Counted from the first letter of the stretch, positions 1 to 8,518 are shown. The stretch: DNA of 64,000 nt from an uncultured Solirubrobacterales bacterium (GCA_963728045.1 CAVSIE010000003.1:2231-66230); one strand, 5' to 3'. A program made the numbers and translations. Notes: a model not told the origin generated them from the letters alone.

Positions 1-102
1 GAGCTCGAGCGCAACTACCACCGGGTCGACGGCTATCCGCTCAAGGAGAAGCTGAAGGAGGCGCGTGAGCGAGCGGGCACAGCTGCTCCTGCCGATCGCT
101 GA
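1..102 (+). CDS. 3-prime end of an unidentified upstream CDS (partial)
   Basis: Frame 1 is open from the window edge to TGA at 100-102 and overlaps the paaC-like start. No motif recognised. Confidence 0.25.
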   Translation, partial: ELERNYHRVDGYPLKEKLKEARERAGTAAPADR

Positions 103-637
103 CGACGAGCTCGTCCTCGGCTGGCGTAACTCCGAGTGGACGGGCATCGCACCCTTCCTCGAGGAAGACGTGGCATTTTCGTCGATCGCCCAGAACGAGA
201 TCGGCCACGCACGGGCGCTCTACCAGCTCGTCGCCGAGGAGCTGGGCACGACCGCCGACGAGCTCGCCTTCGACCGCAAGCCCGAGGAGTACCGCTGCTC
301 GGCGTTCGTCGAGCTCCGCTTCGTGCCGGACTGGGCGAAGACGATCGCGCGGCACTACCTCTACGAGCAGGCCGACGAGAAGCGCATCCGGGCGCTGATG
401 GATTCGGATGACGCCGAAGTCGCAGGCCTCGCGGCGAAGATCGACCGCGAGGAGGCCTACCACCGGATGCACGCGCAGATGTGGTTCGACCGGCTGAAGG
501 ACGAGCCCCGTTTCGTCGAGGCAGTCGAGGAGCTGCGACCGCTGGTGGACGATCGAGGAGAGCACACGCCCGAGTTCGCCGAGCTCTGGGACGAGATGAC
601 GATGGTGCGTCGCAGCGTTCCGGGTGCGACGTGGTAA
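65..637 (+). CDS. paaC: Phenylacetate-CoA oxygenase subunit PaaC/PaaI-like
   Basis: The 190-aa ORF resembles the ferritin-like PaaC fold (LVLGWRNSEW..., AQNEIGHARALY, C-terminal ...GATW like E. coli ...GQQW). A paaD-like gene follows with a start/stop overlap. Confidence 0.7.
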   Translation: MSERAQLLLPIADDELVLGWRNSEWTGIAPFLEEDVAFSSIAQNEIGHARALYQLVAEELGTTADELAFDRKPEEYRCSAFVELRFVPDWAKTIARHYLYEQADEKRIRALMDSDDAEVAGLAAKIDREEAYHRMHAQMWFDRLKDEPRFVEAVEELRPLVDDRGEHTPEFAELWDEMTMVRRSVPGATW

Positions 638-1116
638 CCGTCGAGCGCGTCTGGGAGGCCCTGGCCGAGATTCCCGACCCGGAGATCCCGACGATTTCGC
701 TCGTCGACCTCGGCGTCGTGCGCGACGTCGCCGTCGAGAACGGCCACGTGCGTGTCGAGTTCACGCCGACCTTCCTCGGCTGCCCGGCGCTCGAGGTGAT
801 GCGCGACCAGATGGCCGAGTCGATCCGCGCGCTCGGCGGCGAGCCCGACGTCCAGGTGATCCTCGACGACTCGTGGTCGACGGACCGCATCACGCCGGAA
901 GGGCGCGAGAAGCTCCGCCGCTCCGGTTTCGCACCGCCGGCGCCGCGCGAGGCCGCTCCGCCCCAGCTCGTCCAGCTCCAGAGCGCCGCCTTCAAGTGCC
1001 CGTACTGCGGCTCGAAAGACACCCGTCTCGAGAACATCTTCGGCCCCACCCCGTGCCGGTCGATCCGCTACTGCGCGAGCTGCCGGCAGCCGTTCGAGCA
1101 GTTCAAGACGATCTGA
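631..1116 (+). CDS. paaD: Phenylacetate-CoA oxygenase subunit PaaD/PaaJ-like (SUF-T-like N-terminal domain plus C-terminal zinc ribbon)
   Basis: GTG at 631 overlaps the paaC stop (635-637). The protein contains EIPDPEIPTISLVDLGVVR and C-terminal CPYCGS...CASCRQPFEQFK. Confidence 0.8.
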   Translation: MVTVERVWEALAEIPDPEIPTISLVDLGVVRDVAVENGHVRVEFTPTFLGCPALEVMRDQMAESIRALGGEPDVQVILDDSWSTDRITPEGREKLRRSGFAPPAPREAAPPQLVQLQSAAFKCPYCGSKDTRLENIFGPTPCRSIRYCASCRQPFEQFKTI

Positions 1117-1136
1117 GCATCCGATAGCTTTTCGGC

Positions 1137-1370
1137 GTGGCGCGGATCAGCATCCTCTACTGCCCGGTCTGAGACGGCTATGACGAACGGGCCGCGAGTC
1201 TCGCGGCCGAGTTGAACGCCGAGACGGAGCACGAGGCGATCGCCGAGGAGGGCGCCAAGAGCCAGTACGACGTCGTCGTCGACGGCGAAGTCATCTTCTC
1301 GAAGCAGGAGCAGGGCCGCTTCCCGGAGCACGACGAGGTGCGGCAGCTGCTCAGTGGCCGATCCCCATAG
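1137..1370 (+). CDS. SelW/Rdx-family selenoprotein with in-frame TGA (Sec) at 1170-1172
   Basis: Manual translation from GTG 1137 gives VARISILYCPV-TGA-DGYDERAASLAAEL...SQYDVVVDGEVIFSKQEQGRFPEHDEVRQLL, ending at TAG 1368-1370. It has the YCxxU-GY redox motif near the N-terminus and the G.F.V.VDG.LIFSK..GRFP signature of Rdx/SelW proteins. It is missing from the ORF track because the frame is split by TGA and has no downstream ATG. Confidence 0.6.
1188..1209 (+). promoter_or_regulatory. Candidate bacterial SECIS hairpin
   Basis: A 7-bp GC stem GGCCGCG (1190-1196) / CGCGGCC (1202-1208) carries a 5-nt AGUCU loop. The stem starts 17 nt after the TGA. Confidence 0.4.
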
Positions 1371-1650
1371 ACACCCAGGCAATGAACCACGAGAACGCGT
1401 AGACCGGCGCCGCGACAAACAGGACGCGCCCGGACGAACGGGTGCTGCTCGGGAGGGCGCGCGTGAACACCCAGAGCGTCGCCAGCGCAGCAACGACGCC
1501 GGCGACGAGGACGAGCGGTTGCGAACCCAACCGCCCTGCGTGATCCCAGTGCGAGGTGCCGTCCCCGTAGTACGGATCGTCTGAGGCAGCATTGATCACG
1601 AGCCCCGCCAATCCCGCAACCATCACGAAACCGGCGATGAGGTATCTCAT
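1351..1650 (-). CDS. Hypothetical small membrane protein
   Basis: The 99-aa ORF has about three hydrophobic segments. It is convergent with the SelW-like gene and overlaps it by 20 nt. Confidence 0.45.
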   Translation of the reverse strand: MRYLIAGFVMVAGLAGLVINAASDDPYYGDGTSHWDHAGRLGSQPLVLVAGVVAALATLWVFTRALPSSTRSSGRVLFVAAPVYAFSWFIAWVSMGIGH

Positions 1651-1676
1651 GTTTGCTATTATAGCGGAGATGCGAT

Positions 1677-1955
1677 ATGCCTCCTGAGGCCTTCGAGCGG
1701 CTGCGCGAGCGGCTCGCGCACGTCGATCCCGACCAGGGCTGGTTCTTCACGCAGGTCGCCGAGCAAGTTGCCACGCAGCGCAAGGCACGGGATCTGTCCC
1801 AGGCCGAGCTCGCCGAGCTGACCGGGACGACGCAGTCGGCGATTGCCCGCCTCGAGGGCGGCGGGCGGCCACCCCGGATCGACACCCTGCTCCGGATCGC
1901 GGAGGCGCTCGATTGCGAGTTGGTCGTCGACCTCCAGCCGCGCAAGGCCTCCTGA
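1677..1955 (+). CDS. XRE-family helix-turn-helix transcriptional regulator
   Basis: Contains LSQAELAELTGTTQSAIARLEGG, a classic Cro/C1 HTH. Confidence 0.75.
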   Translation: MPPEAFERLRERLAHVDPDQGWFFTQVAEQVATQRKARDLSQAELAELTGTTQSAIARLEGGGRPPRIDTLLRIAEALDCELVVDLQPRKAS

Positions 1956-1969
1956 GTAGAGTCTTCAGC

Positions 1970-2420
1970 GTGCGGTTGGTCTTGGCCTGCGTCGCGTTGC
2001 TCGCTGTGCTCGGCTTCGCTGGGTGCGGGGGCGGCGACGGAGAGAACGAGGAGTCGTTCGTCGAGCGGGCGGACGTCGTCTGCTCGGAGGCCGAACAGGA
2101 GATCAGTCGAGTGCCCCAGCCGCAGGATCCCACCGATCCACTCCAGCTCGCGAGCTTTCTCGAACGCGCGGTGCCGGTGGCGCAGAAGCAGAACGAGGAG
2201 CTGAAGAAGCTCGAGCGGCCCGCCGAGCAGGAGGCACAGATCGACGGGTTGATCGCCGCGCTCGATGCTGAAGTCGATGCGGCCGAGCGAATGTTGGCCG
2301 CCGCGAAGAGTCGAGGACCGCCAGGCCATTCAGCAACTCCTCACGGAGTCCGGCCTCGCGAGCGCTCAGGCCAAACGCGCCGCCGAGGAGCTGGACATGG
2401 CGGTCTGCGGGGCCAGTTAG
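1970..2420 (+). pseudogene. Putative lipoprotein with an apparent +1 frameshift near 2310-2316
   Basis: GTG 1970 gives VRLVLACVALLAVLGFAGCGGG, a lipobox. After ...ERMLAAAKS the plausible continuation EDRQAIQQLLTESGLASAQAKRAAEELDMAVCGAS* is in another frame and ends at 2418-2420. The original frame runs antisense through the next gene. Confidence 0.45.
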
Positions 2421-3187
2421 CGGCCGCTGAAGCGGGGGTCGCGCTTCTCGAGAAAGGCCGCGACGCCTTCTCGAAAGTCCTCGGTCTTCGTCGCCGCCGC
2501 CTGCAGCTGGGCCTCGAGCTCGAGCTGTTCCTCGAGAGTCGCGTGCGGCGTGTGGTCGAAGAGCCGCTTCGTCATCCCGATGCCGCGCGTCGGCAGCTGC
2601 GCGTAGGTCTCGGCCAGCTCGGCGGCGCGTGCGGCCAGCCCTTCGGCTTCGACGACTTCGGAGACGAGCCCCCAGGCGTGGGCCTCGGCCGCTGAGAGAC
2701 GCCGCCCCGAGCTCATCCACTCGAACGCCCGCGCGGGGCCGAGGAGTCGCGAGATGAAGTAGGTGCCCCCGCCGTCGGGGACGAGGCCAATGTTGATGAA
2801 GGCGGGCACGAAGGTGGCGCTGTCGGCGGCAATCCGCAGGTCGCACGCGCACGCAAGCGAGAGGCCGGCTCCGGCGGCGGCGCCGTTGACGGAGGCGATC
2901 ACGGGCTTCTCGAGTGAGCGGATCGCGAGCACCGTGGGGTGGTAATTCGCCCGCAGCCGTTCGGAGATGTCGTCGGCGCCCTCGCGGAACTCGGTCAGGT
3001 CCTGGCCGACGCAGAACCCGCGACCCGCGCCGGTGAGGACGACAGCCCGTACGTCGTCGGCGCGAGCTTCTTTGAGCGCGCCCACGAGCTGCTTCTGCGC
3101 GTCCCGCGTCAACGCGTTGAGCACCTCAGGCCGGTTGAGCGTGATCGTCAGCACCCCGCCCTCGCGCCCGGTCTCGACTTCTGCCAT
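2417..3187 (-). CDS. Enoyl-CoA hydratase/isomerase family protein (PaaG-like)
   Basis: 256-aa crotonase fold: LTITLNRPEVLNAL, VVLTGAGRGFCVGQDL, C-terminal EGVAAFLEKRDPRFSG. Confidence 0.85.
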   Translation of the reverse strand: MAEVETGREGGVLTITLNRPEVLNALTRDAQKQLVGALKEARADDVRAVVLTGAGRGFCVGQDLTEFREGADDISERLRANYHPTVLAIRSLEKPVIASVNGAAAGAGLSLACACDLRIAADSATFVPAFINIGLVPDGGGTYFISRLLGPARAFEWMSSGRRLSAAEAHAWGLVSEVVEAEGLAARAAELAETYAQLPTRGIGMTKRLFDHTPHATLEEQLELEAQLQAAATKTEDFREGVAAFLEKRDPRFSGR

Positions 3188-3378
3188 CGCTCACGCCTCC
3201 TCACCCGTGTGGACGAACCGGCTCCATCTTGGCGCATTTCGGCGCGCCACTCGTGCGCCTGTCCTCGATAGCCTCAGCGCCGGAGGCGGAGCGGGTCAAG
3301 AACCCCGGGTGGGTGGGGTCTAAAGTGCCGCGCTCCCGCGTGCGACGTAGCCCGATACCGCGGTGCTAGCTTGGAGCG

Positions 3379-4392
3379 ATGGCAGGCATCAGCTTCGTCG
3401 ACGCCCTCCTCGACCCGCAATCCGGCAATGAAGCGGCCGATCGCGACGGGCAGCGCGCTGACGACGACGCGCTCGACGCCTACTCGCGCGCGGTGACCTC
3501 GGTCGCCGACCGGCTCTCTCCCTCGGTCGCGAGCCTGCGTGTCTCGCGGCGTGTACGCGGCGGACGACGGCTCGACGGGGCCGGGAGCGCCGTCGTCATC
3601 ACGCCGGACGGTTTCATGCTCACCTCCGCGCACGTGGTCGCCCAGGCCGACGGCTCGGGGCGCGCGTCCTTCGTCGACGGGCGCGAGCACGAGTTCCGTG
3701 TCGTGGGAGCGGATCCGCTTTCCGATCTGGCCGTGCTGCGGCTCGACGGCAGCGATCTCACCGCTGCCGAGCTCGGAGACGCCGAGCGCCTCCGCGTCGG
3801 CCAGCTCGTGGTCGCCATCGGAAACCCACACGGCTTCACGGGCTCCGTCACCGCGGGCGTCGTGTCGCAGCTCGGCCGCTCGCTGACCGTGGCCGCAGGC
3901 CGGATCGTCGACAACGTGATCCAGACCGACGCGGCGCTCAACCCCGGGAACTCGGGCGGTGCGCTGTCCGACGGCCGTGGCCGGGTGGTCGGGATCAACA
4001 CCGCCGTCGCCGGCGTCGGCCTCGGCCTCGCCGTGCCGGTCAACGGCGCGACGAGGAAAATCATTGCGGCGCTGATGACGGAGGGGCGCTTCCGACGCGC
4101 CTATCTCGGTATCGCAGGCGGGCCGCGCCCGCTCCCGCCCCGTCTCGCCGCGAGGCTCGGACGCAAGAACGCAGTCGAGATCGTCGAGATCGTCGAAGAC
4201 AGCCCGGCCGCGGTCGCGGGTCTGCGGCCCGAGGACCTGATCGTCGAGGTGAACGGGCTACCCGTCGAAGGGGTGAACGACCTTCAGCGGCTGATGGCCG
4301 GCGAGCTGATCGGGACCGACGTCAAGGCGCAGGTCTTCCGTGGTAGCCGCGAGCTCGAGGTCACGCTCGTCCCGCTCGAGCTCGTTACCTAG
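3379..4392 (+). CDS. HtrA/DegP-family trypsin-like serine protease with PDZ domain
   Basis: Contains TSAHVV, DLAVLRL and the catalytic GNSGGAL motif, with a C-terminal PDZ-like region. Confidence 0.85.
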   Translation: MAGISFVDALLDPQSGNEAADRDGQRADDDALDAYSRAVTSVADRLSPSVASLRVSRRVRGGRRLDGAGSAVVITPDGFMLTSAHVVAQADGSGRASFVDGREHEFRVVGADPLSDLAVLRLDGSDLTAAELGDAERLRVGQLVVAIGNPHGFTGSVTAGVVSQLGRSLTVAAGRIVDNVIQTDAALNPGNSGGALSDGRGRVVGINTAVAGVGLGLAVPVNGATRKIIAALMTEGRFRRAYLGIAGGPRPLPPRLAARLGRKNAVEIVEIVEDSPAAVAGLRPEDLIVEVNGLPVEGVNDLQRLMAGELIGTDVKAQVFRGSRELEVTLVPLELVT

Positions 4393-4684
4393 TCAGTAGA
4401 CGAACCCCCACGTATGCGAGTGCGGCGATCGCGGCGAGCCGCGTCACGTCGATGGCGGGCTTCCAGCTCACGTCGCCGTCGCGAATGATCCACGCGCCGG
4501 CCGGCCGGCCGGCGAGGCCGAAGCCTGCGCCACCTTCTCCATCCGCATCGCCGCCGCCTCCGGTACCGCCGATCACGGACGCCGCCGGCACGATCGTGAC
4601 GCCGTCGCGCTCGACGGGGTCGCCGTAGATCCTGCGCACCGTGATCGCGTCTCTGTGTCCCTGCAAGAGGGCGTCGAGATCCAT
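4385..4684 (-). CDS. GerW/YtfJ-family protein
   Basis: 99 aa with the pattern GDPVERDGVTIVPAASV.GG.GGGG...GGAGFGL..RPAGAWII, typical of YtfJ/GerW. Confidence 0.55.
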   Translation of the reverse strand: MDLDALLQGHRDAITVRRIYGDPVERDGVTIVPAASVIGGTGGGGDADGEGGAGFGLAGRPAGAWIIRDGDVSWKPAIDVTRLAAIAALAYVGVRLLTR

Positions 4685-4687
4685 CGT

Positions 4688-5458
4688 CTACCTCCCTTTG
4701 AACTCGGGCTTGCGCTTCTCGAGAAACGCGTTCAACCCCTCCTTCGCGTCCTCGGAGGCGAACGCGAGGGCGAGCAGGCGCCGCTCGTATTCCACGCCCA
4801 GCGCGAGCGTGCTTTCGAAAGACCTGTCGACCGCCTCTTTCGCCAGCCGCGTCGCGACCGGCGGCTTCTCGGCGATCGCGCGAGCCACTCGCTTGGCCTC
4901 GTCGAGCCAGGCCTCGCGTGCGACGACGCGCGCTACCAGCCCCGCCCGTAGAGCCTCTTCGGCCGACAGGAAGCGGCCGCTCAGGATGACGTCCATCGCC
5001 AGCGACTTGCCGACAGCTCGCGTCAAGCGTTGCGTCCCACCGGCGCCCGGAATCACGCCGACGCCGGTTTCCGGCTGACCGAACCGCGCCGTCTCGGAGG
5101 CGACGATCAGGTCGCACGCCATGGCCAACTCGCAGCCGCCACCGAGGCAGAAGCCAGAGACCGCCGCCACGAGAGGCGTCCAGAGGCCCGCAATCACATC
5201 CCAGCGCTCGACGCGCCGCTGGTAGTAGAGGTCGATCGGCGAAGACTTCGCGAGCTCGGCGATGTCGGCGCCCGCCGCGAAGGCGCGCTCGGAGCCGCCG
5301 AGCACGATGCAGCGCACGTCCTCTTCGCGATCCAGCTCCGTCAGCTTCGTGACGAGCTCGTCCATCAGCTCGTCGGAGAGCGCGTTCAGCGCTTCCGGGC
5401 GATTGAGCAGGACGACACCGATCGGGCCGTCGCGCTCGACGAGGACGAGCTCGCTCAT
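4688..5458 (-). CDS. Enoyl-CoA hydratase (crotonase)
   Basis: ATG 5458 (MSELVLVERDGPIGVVLLNRPEALNAL...) overlaps the upstream stop as ATGA. The C-terminal EGLNAFLEKRKPEFKGR signature is present. The N-terminal extension in the ORF track is not used. Confidence 0.85.
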   Translation of the reverse strand: MSELVLVERDGPIGVVLLNRPEALNALSDELMDELVTKLTELDREEDVRCIVLGGSERAFAAGADIAELAKSSPIDLYYQRRVERWDVIAGLWTPLVAAVSGFCLGGGCELAMACDLIVASETARFGQPETGVGVIPGAGGTQRLTRAVGKSLAMDVILSGRFLSAEEALRAGLVARVVAREAWLDEAKRVARAIAEKPPVATRLAKEAVDRSFESTLALGVEYERRLLALAFASEDAKEGLNAFLEKRKPEFKGR

Positions 5459-5814
5459 GTCACGCGGGTGGAGATCCGCCAGGCCGCTTTCCAGCTGTCG
5501 CCCTCGCGCTTGAACACGTCGGCGACCACATACTCCCCGGTCAGGTCGCGATCGCCCATGGACGCCGCCCACCGGAGCCGCGCTCTGACGACGGCTACGT
5601 CGCCGAGCTCTCGAGCGAGGACGTCCGTGCATTCGAGCGACCGGGTGTCGAGGCCCGGCAGAGCGGCGAGCCATTCATCCCGCGGCATGTGCTCGCTCAC
5701 GCCGCCCGAGCTCGTCAGGACGAAGTCTTCGGCGAGGATCTCGCGCGCGGCCTCGACGTCGCTGTCGGCGACCGCCGCCGCCCACTCCTCCTCGATCCGC
5801 TGCAGCTCGCTCAC
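5455..5814 (-). CDS. SnoaL-like / NTF2-superfamily protein (DUF4440-like)
   Basis: 119 aa with an NTF2-like pattern. Its start and stop are 4-nt coupled to the flanking genes. Confidence 0.55.
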   Translation of the reverse strand: MSELQRIEEEWAAAVADSDVEAAREILAEDFVLTSSGGVSEHMPRDEWLAALPGLDTRSLECTDVLARELGDVAVVRARLRWAASMGDRDLTGEYVVADVFKREGDSWKAAWRISTRVT

Positions 5815-6608
5815 TTCTTGTCCAGAAAACGGCGCACAGCTCCCTGCGTTTCCTCGCTCAGCATCGAGAGCGAGAGCCAGTCGCGGGCGTGCCCGACGGT
5901 GCCGTGCCAGGCGAGGTCACGCCAGAAGTTGAGCTGCTGTTTTGCATAGCGGGTCGCCGTGGGCAGCTTCGTCGCCAGCTTGTCGACGATCTCGTCCACC
6001 TTCGCATCGAGCTCGCCCTCCGGGACGACCCAGTTGACGAGGCCCCAGTCGGCGGCCTTCGCCGCGGGGATCTCCTCGCACATGAAGATGATCTCCCGAG
6101 CGCGCCGGTCGCCCACCATGATCGGCAGCCACTGCGTCGCCCCGCCCGCCGGCACGGACCCGTGCTCGAGACCCACGTGGCGGATGAAAGCGCCCTCGAC
6201 CATCACCGCCAGGTCGCAGGCCATCTGCAGCTCGTTGCCGCCACCGACCGCGATGCCGTTGACTCGAGCCAGCGTCGGCTTGCCGATCTCGCGCAGCCGG
6301 TCGTGGGCGTCCTTGAACGCGCCGAACCACTTCCAGTAGCCGTCCGGATTGCCGAGGTACTCGTCGCCCCAGCTCTTCAGGTCGGCGCCGACGCAGAACG
6401 CGCGCCCGGCGCCGGTGAGGACGACGACGCGGATCTCGTCGTCCCAGGATGCGTCCTCGCAGGCGCGCGCGAGCTCCCGCAGCATCTGGAAGTCGAACGC
6501 GTTCAGCCGCTCGGGATGGTTGAGCGTGATCGTGGCCCGCGGGGCCGTCTTCTCGTAGACGATCCGCTCGAAGCCGAGCTCCTCGGGCGAGGACGGCTCA
6601 GGCTTCAT
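5811..6608 (-). CDS. Enoyl-CoA hydratase/isomerase family protein (ring-hydrolase/BadI-like subgroup possible)
   Basis: ATG 6608 (MKPEPSSPEELGFERIVYEK...). Crotonase motifs VVLTGAGRAFCVGADL and GIAVGGGNELQMACDL are present. Confidence 0.8.
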   Translation of the reverse strand: MKPEPSSPEELGFERIVYEKTAPRATITLNHPERLNAFDFQMLRELARACEDASWDDEIRVVVLTGAGRAFCVGADLKSWGDEYLGNPDGYWKWFGAFKDAHDRLREIGKPTLARVNGIAVGGGNELQMACDLAVMVEGAFIRHVGLEHGSVPAGGATQWLPIMVGDRRAREIIFMCEEIPAAKAADWGLVNWVVPEGELDAKVDEIVDKLATKLPTATRYAKQQLNFWRDLAWHGTVGHARDWLSLSMLSEETQGAVRRFLDKK

Positions 6609-6882
6609 TGACCTCGGCGAAATGGACGTGGAAGGGAATGCCCATCTCCATGGCATCCTTGCCCGTGGCCATGAACTCCTCGGTGCGGGCCGCGGACTTG
6701 AAAGCGTCCATGTCGAGGAACTCCCATTCGGCGTAGTACCGGTACCTCGGCTCACCCATCGGTGCGCCGAACACGCGGCCGTGCCGGAAGGTCGATCCGG
6801 GCACCTGGCGGCAGAGGTCGGCGTGCTGCCCGTACCGCTCCGGGTCGGGCTCTGTCTCGTAGACGACGAAAACGCGAATCAA
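6598..6882 (-). CDS. EthD-family (dimeric alpha/beta barrel) protein
   Basis: 94 aa, MIRVFVVYETEPDPERY...YYAEWEFLDMDAF, an EthD-like pattern. Confidence 0.55.
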   Translation of the reverse strand: MIRVFVVYETEPDPERYGQHADLCRQVPGSTFRHGRVFGAPMGEPRYRYYAEWEFLDMDAFKSAARTEEFMATGKDAMEMGIPFHVHFAEVNEA

Positions 6883-7511
6883 GCATCCTCCTTTCGACGC
6901 GAGGAGCGTAACCCGGCGTCTTCGAGCACCGCCTCGACGAGCGCGTCGTAGCGACCATCCTCGAGGTCCCCGAGGGGATCGCGCGTGTACGCGAGCAGCT
7001 GGCCGTACGGAAGCGAGAACGCCGCGCGCATGGCGATCAGACGCTGCCGCTCCGGGCTCTCACGCTCGAGCAGCACCCGTTGCGCGGCGGTCAGCTGCCG
7101 TACCTGAGTCAGCCGCGAGGGGACCACGAGGAACACCAAAAGCGTCGCCGGGACGAAGAAGGTGGCGAGCCCGAGGATGTCCGCCAGCTGGTGCGTCTTG
7201 TCCACGCCGTCCTGGCCGAGCTCCGCCACGTTGCCACCGGAGCCTTCGCCCGCCCCGCGCAGCCCATCGGCAAGGTCGCCTCCGACGATCGGAGTGCCGT
7301 CGACGGCATCCGCGGCGGACTCGAATCCGTTCTGGATCGACGAGCCCGCCTCGTTCACTCCCTCGCCGAGCACGGCCAGGCGGTCGACCGCGTCGTGCAC
7401 CTTGAGCGCGACCCACGCGAACAGCACGAGGAGCGCGATGGTGAGGAGATCGCGCGCGAGCGTCGAAACCCGGCGCGTCGGAATGTTCGGATAGAAGCGC
7501 ATGATCCCCAC
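6879..7511 (-). CDS. Hypothetical membrane protein
   Basis: 210 aa with two clear hydrophobic segments. It is the first gene of a start/stop-overlapping gene string. Confidence 0.45.
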   Translation of the reverse strand: MGIMRFYPNIPTRRVSTLARDLLTIALLVLFAWVALKVHDAVDRLAVLGEGVNEAGSSIQNGFESAADAVDGTPIVGGDLADGLRGAGEGSGGNVAELGQDGVDKTHQLADILGLATFFVPATLLVFLVVPSRLTQVRQLTAAQRVLLERESPERQRLIAMRAAFSLPYGQLLAYTRDPLGDLEDGRYDALVEAVLEDAGLRSSRRKEDA

Positions 7512-7576
7512 TTACCCGGTTTGGTCTCGGACCTCTCGGGGCACAACCGGGTCAAGCGAGAAAGGAGGACCGATAA

Positions 7577-7654
7577 GTGAGCTTGCTCTACATCATCCTC
7601 ATCGTTGTCATCGTGCTCCTGCTGCTCGGCTTCTTCACGCGCGGGCGCTGGTAA
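7577..7654 (+). CDS. Small hydrophobic peptide (25 aa)
   Basis: GTG 7577 is preceded by AAAGGAGGA (7561-7569). It encodes VSLLYIILIVVIVLLLLGFFTRGRW* and is followed by a hairpin. It is below the ORF-track size cut-off. Confidence 0.4.
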   Translation: MSLLYIILIVVIVLLLLGFFTRGRW

Positions 7655-7684
7655 CAACTAGGACCTGGAAACACTCGAACTAGG

Positions 7685-7706
7685 CCGCCCGGCACTTGCC
7701 GGGCGG
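7685..7706 (+). terminator. Stem-loop downstream of the small peptide ORF
   Basis: CCGCCCGGC-ACTT-GCCGGGCGG forms a 9-bp GC stem with a 4-nt loop. The U-tract is weak. Confidence 0.35.
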
Positions 7707-7732
7707 TCTCATGGTCCGGCAGGGTTAGAGGA

Positions 7733-8518
7733 GTGTCCGGGGTCGCCGCCGCCACCGCATTCCTCACGCGGGCCGATAAGGCTTCGCTGCCGACGCTTGG
7801 CGGAATGGCGAGACCCGACGGAATCGTGATCGCAAGCGAACGCTTCTGGGCCTTTGCCCGCGCCGATGGGACCGTCTTCGAAGGCAAGATGCCTGCGGCT
7901 TCGACCGCCTTCCGCAGGATCCCGATCCTGCGCGGTATCGCTCGGCTGGGAGCGTCCATGTCGCCGCTCTTCCGCGGCGGAGGTGTCGCCGGCAAGCGCG
8001 AGAAGCTCTTTCTCACCGCGGCGCTACTCGCGCCGTGCGTGTTCGTGTTCTTCTCCGAGACCGCGACCCTGATCGCCGGGATCGTGCTCAGCGTGGCTCT
8101 ACTCGCCTGGCTCCTGCGCGGACGCACGCTCTACCTGCACGGGGCCGAGCACCGCGCGATCGCGGCCGCCGAGCAGGGAACCCTGGCGGCGACCTGGCGA
8201 GGTGACGCGCGGCCGTCTCGGTTCTCGCTGCGCTGCGGCTCGAACTTCGTCGCGCTCGTCTTGCCGGTCGGCCTCGTCGCCGACCAGTTCTGGCCGTTCG
8301 CGCCGGCAATCTGGACGCCTGTCGTCGTCGCGCTGCTGACGATCGGCGTCTCGATGGAGATCTGGCGCGTCGTCCAGGGAACGACTTGGTCGAGCATCAA
8401 AGGCCTGCTGCTGCCGGGTCTCGCGCTCCAGCGCCTGACGACGCGCGAGCCACGCCTGGAGGAGACCCGGATCGCGCTCACCGCGGTCGCGTCAGTCCTC
8501 CGGCGCGAACTGGCCTAG
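7733..8518 (+). CDS. DUF1385-family membrane protein
   Basis: N-terminal GGMARPDGIVIAS and the conserved LHGAEHRAIAA motif (YHGAEHK-like), followed by TM segments. Confidence 0.65.
   Translation: MSGVAAATAFLTRADKASLPTLGGMARPDGIVIASERFWAFARADGTVFEGKMPAASTAFRRIPILRGIARLGASMSPLFRGGGVAGKREKLFLTAALLAPCVFVFFSETATLIAGIVLSVALLAWLLRGRTLYLHGAEHRAIAAAEQGTLAATWRGDARPSRFSLRCGSNFVALVLPVGLVADQFWPFAPAIWTPVVVALLTIGVSMEIWRVVQGTTWSSIKGLLLPGLALQRLTTREPRLEETRIALTAVASVLRRELA

Noticed and set aside
33-1049. 338-aa minus-strand ORF and other overlapping ORFs at the left edge
   Set aside because: It is antisense to paaC and paaD, and its R/P/S/A-rich composition has no motifs.
1913-2695. 260-aa plus-strand ORF taken at face value
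   Set aside because: Its last about 125 codons run antisense through the PaaG-like crotonase and read as low-complexity sequence. A frameshifted lipoprotein ending at 2420 explains the data better.
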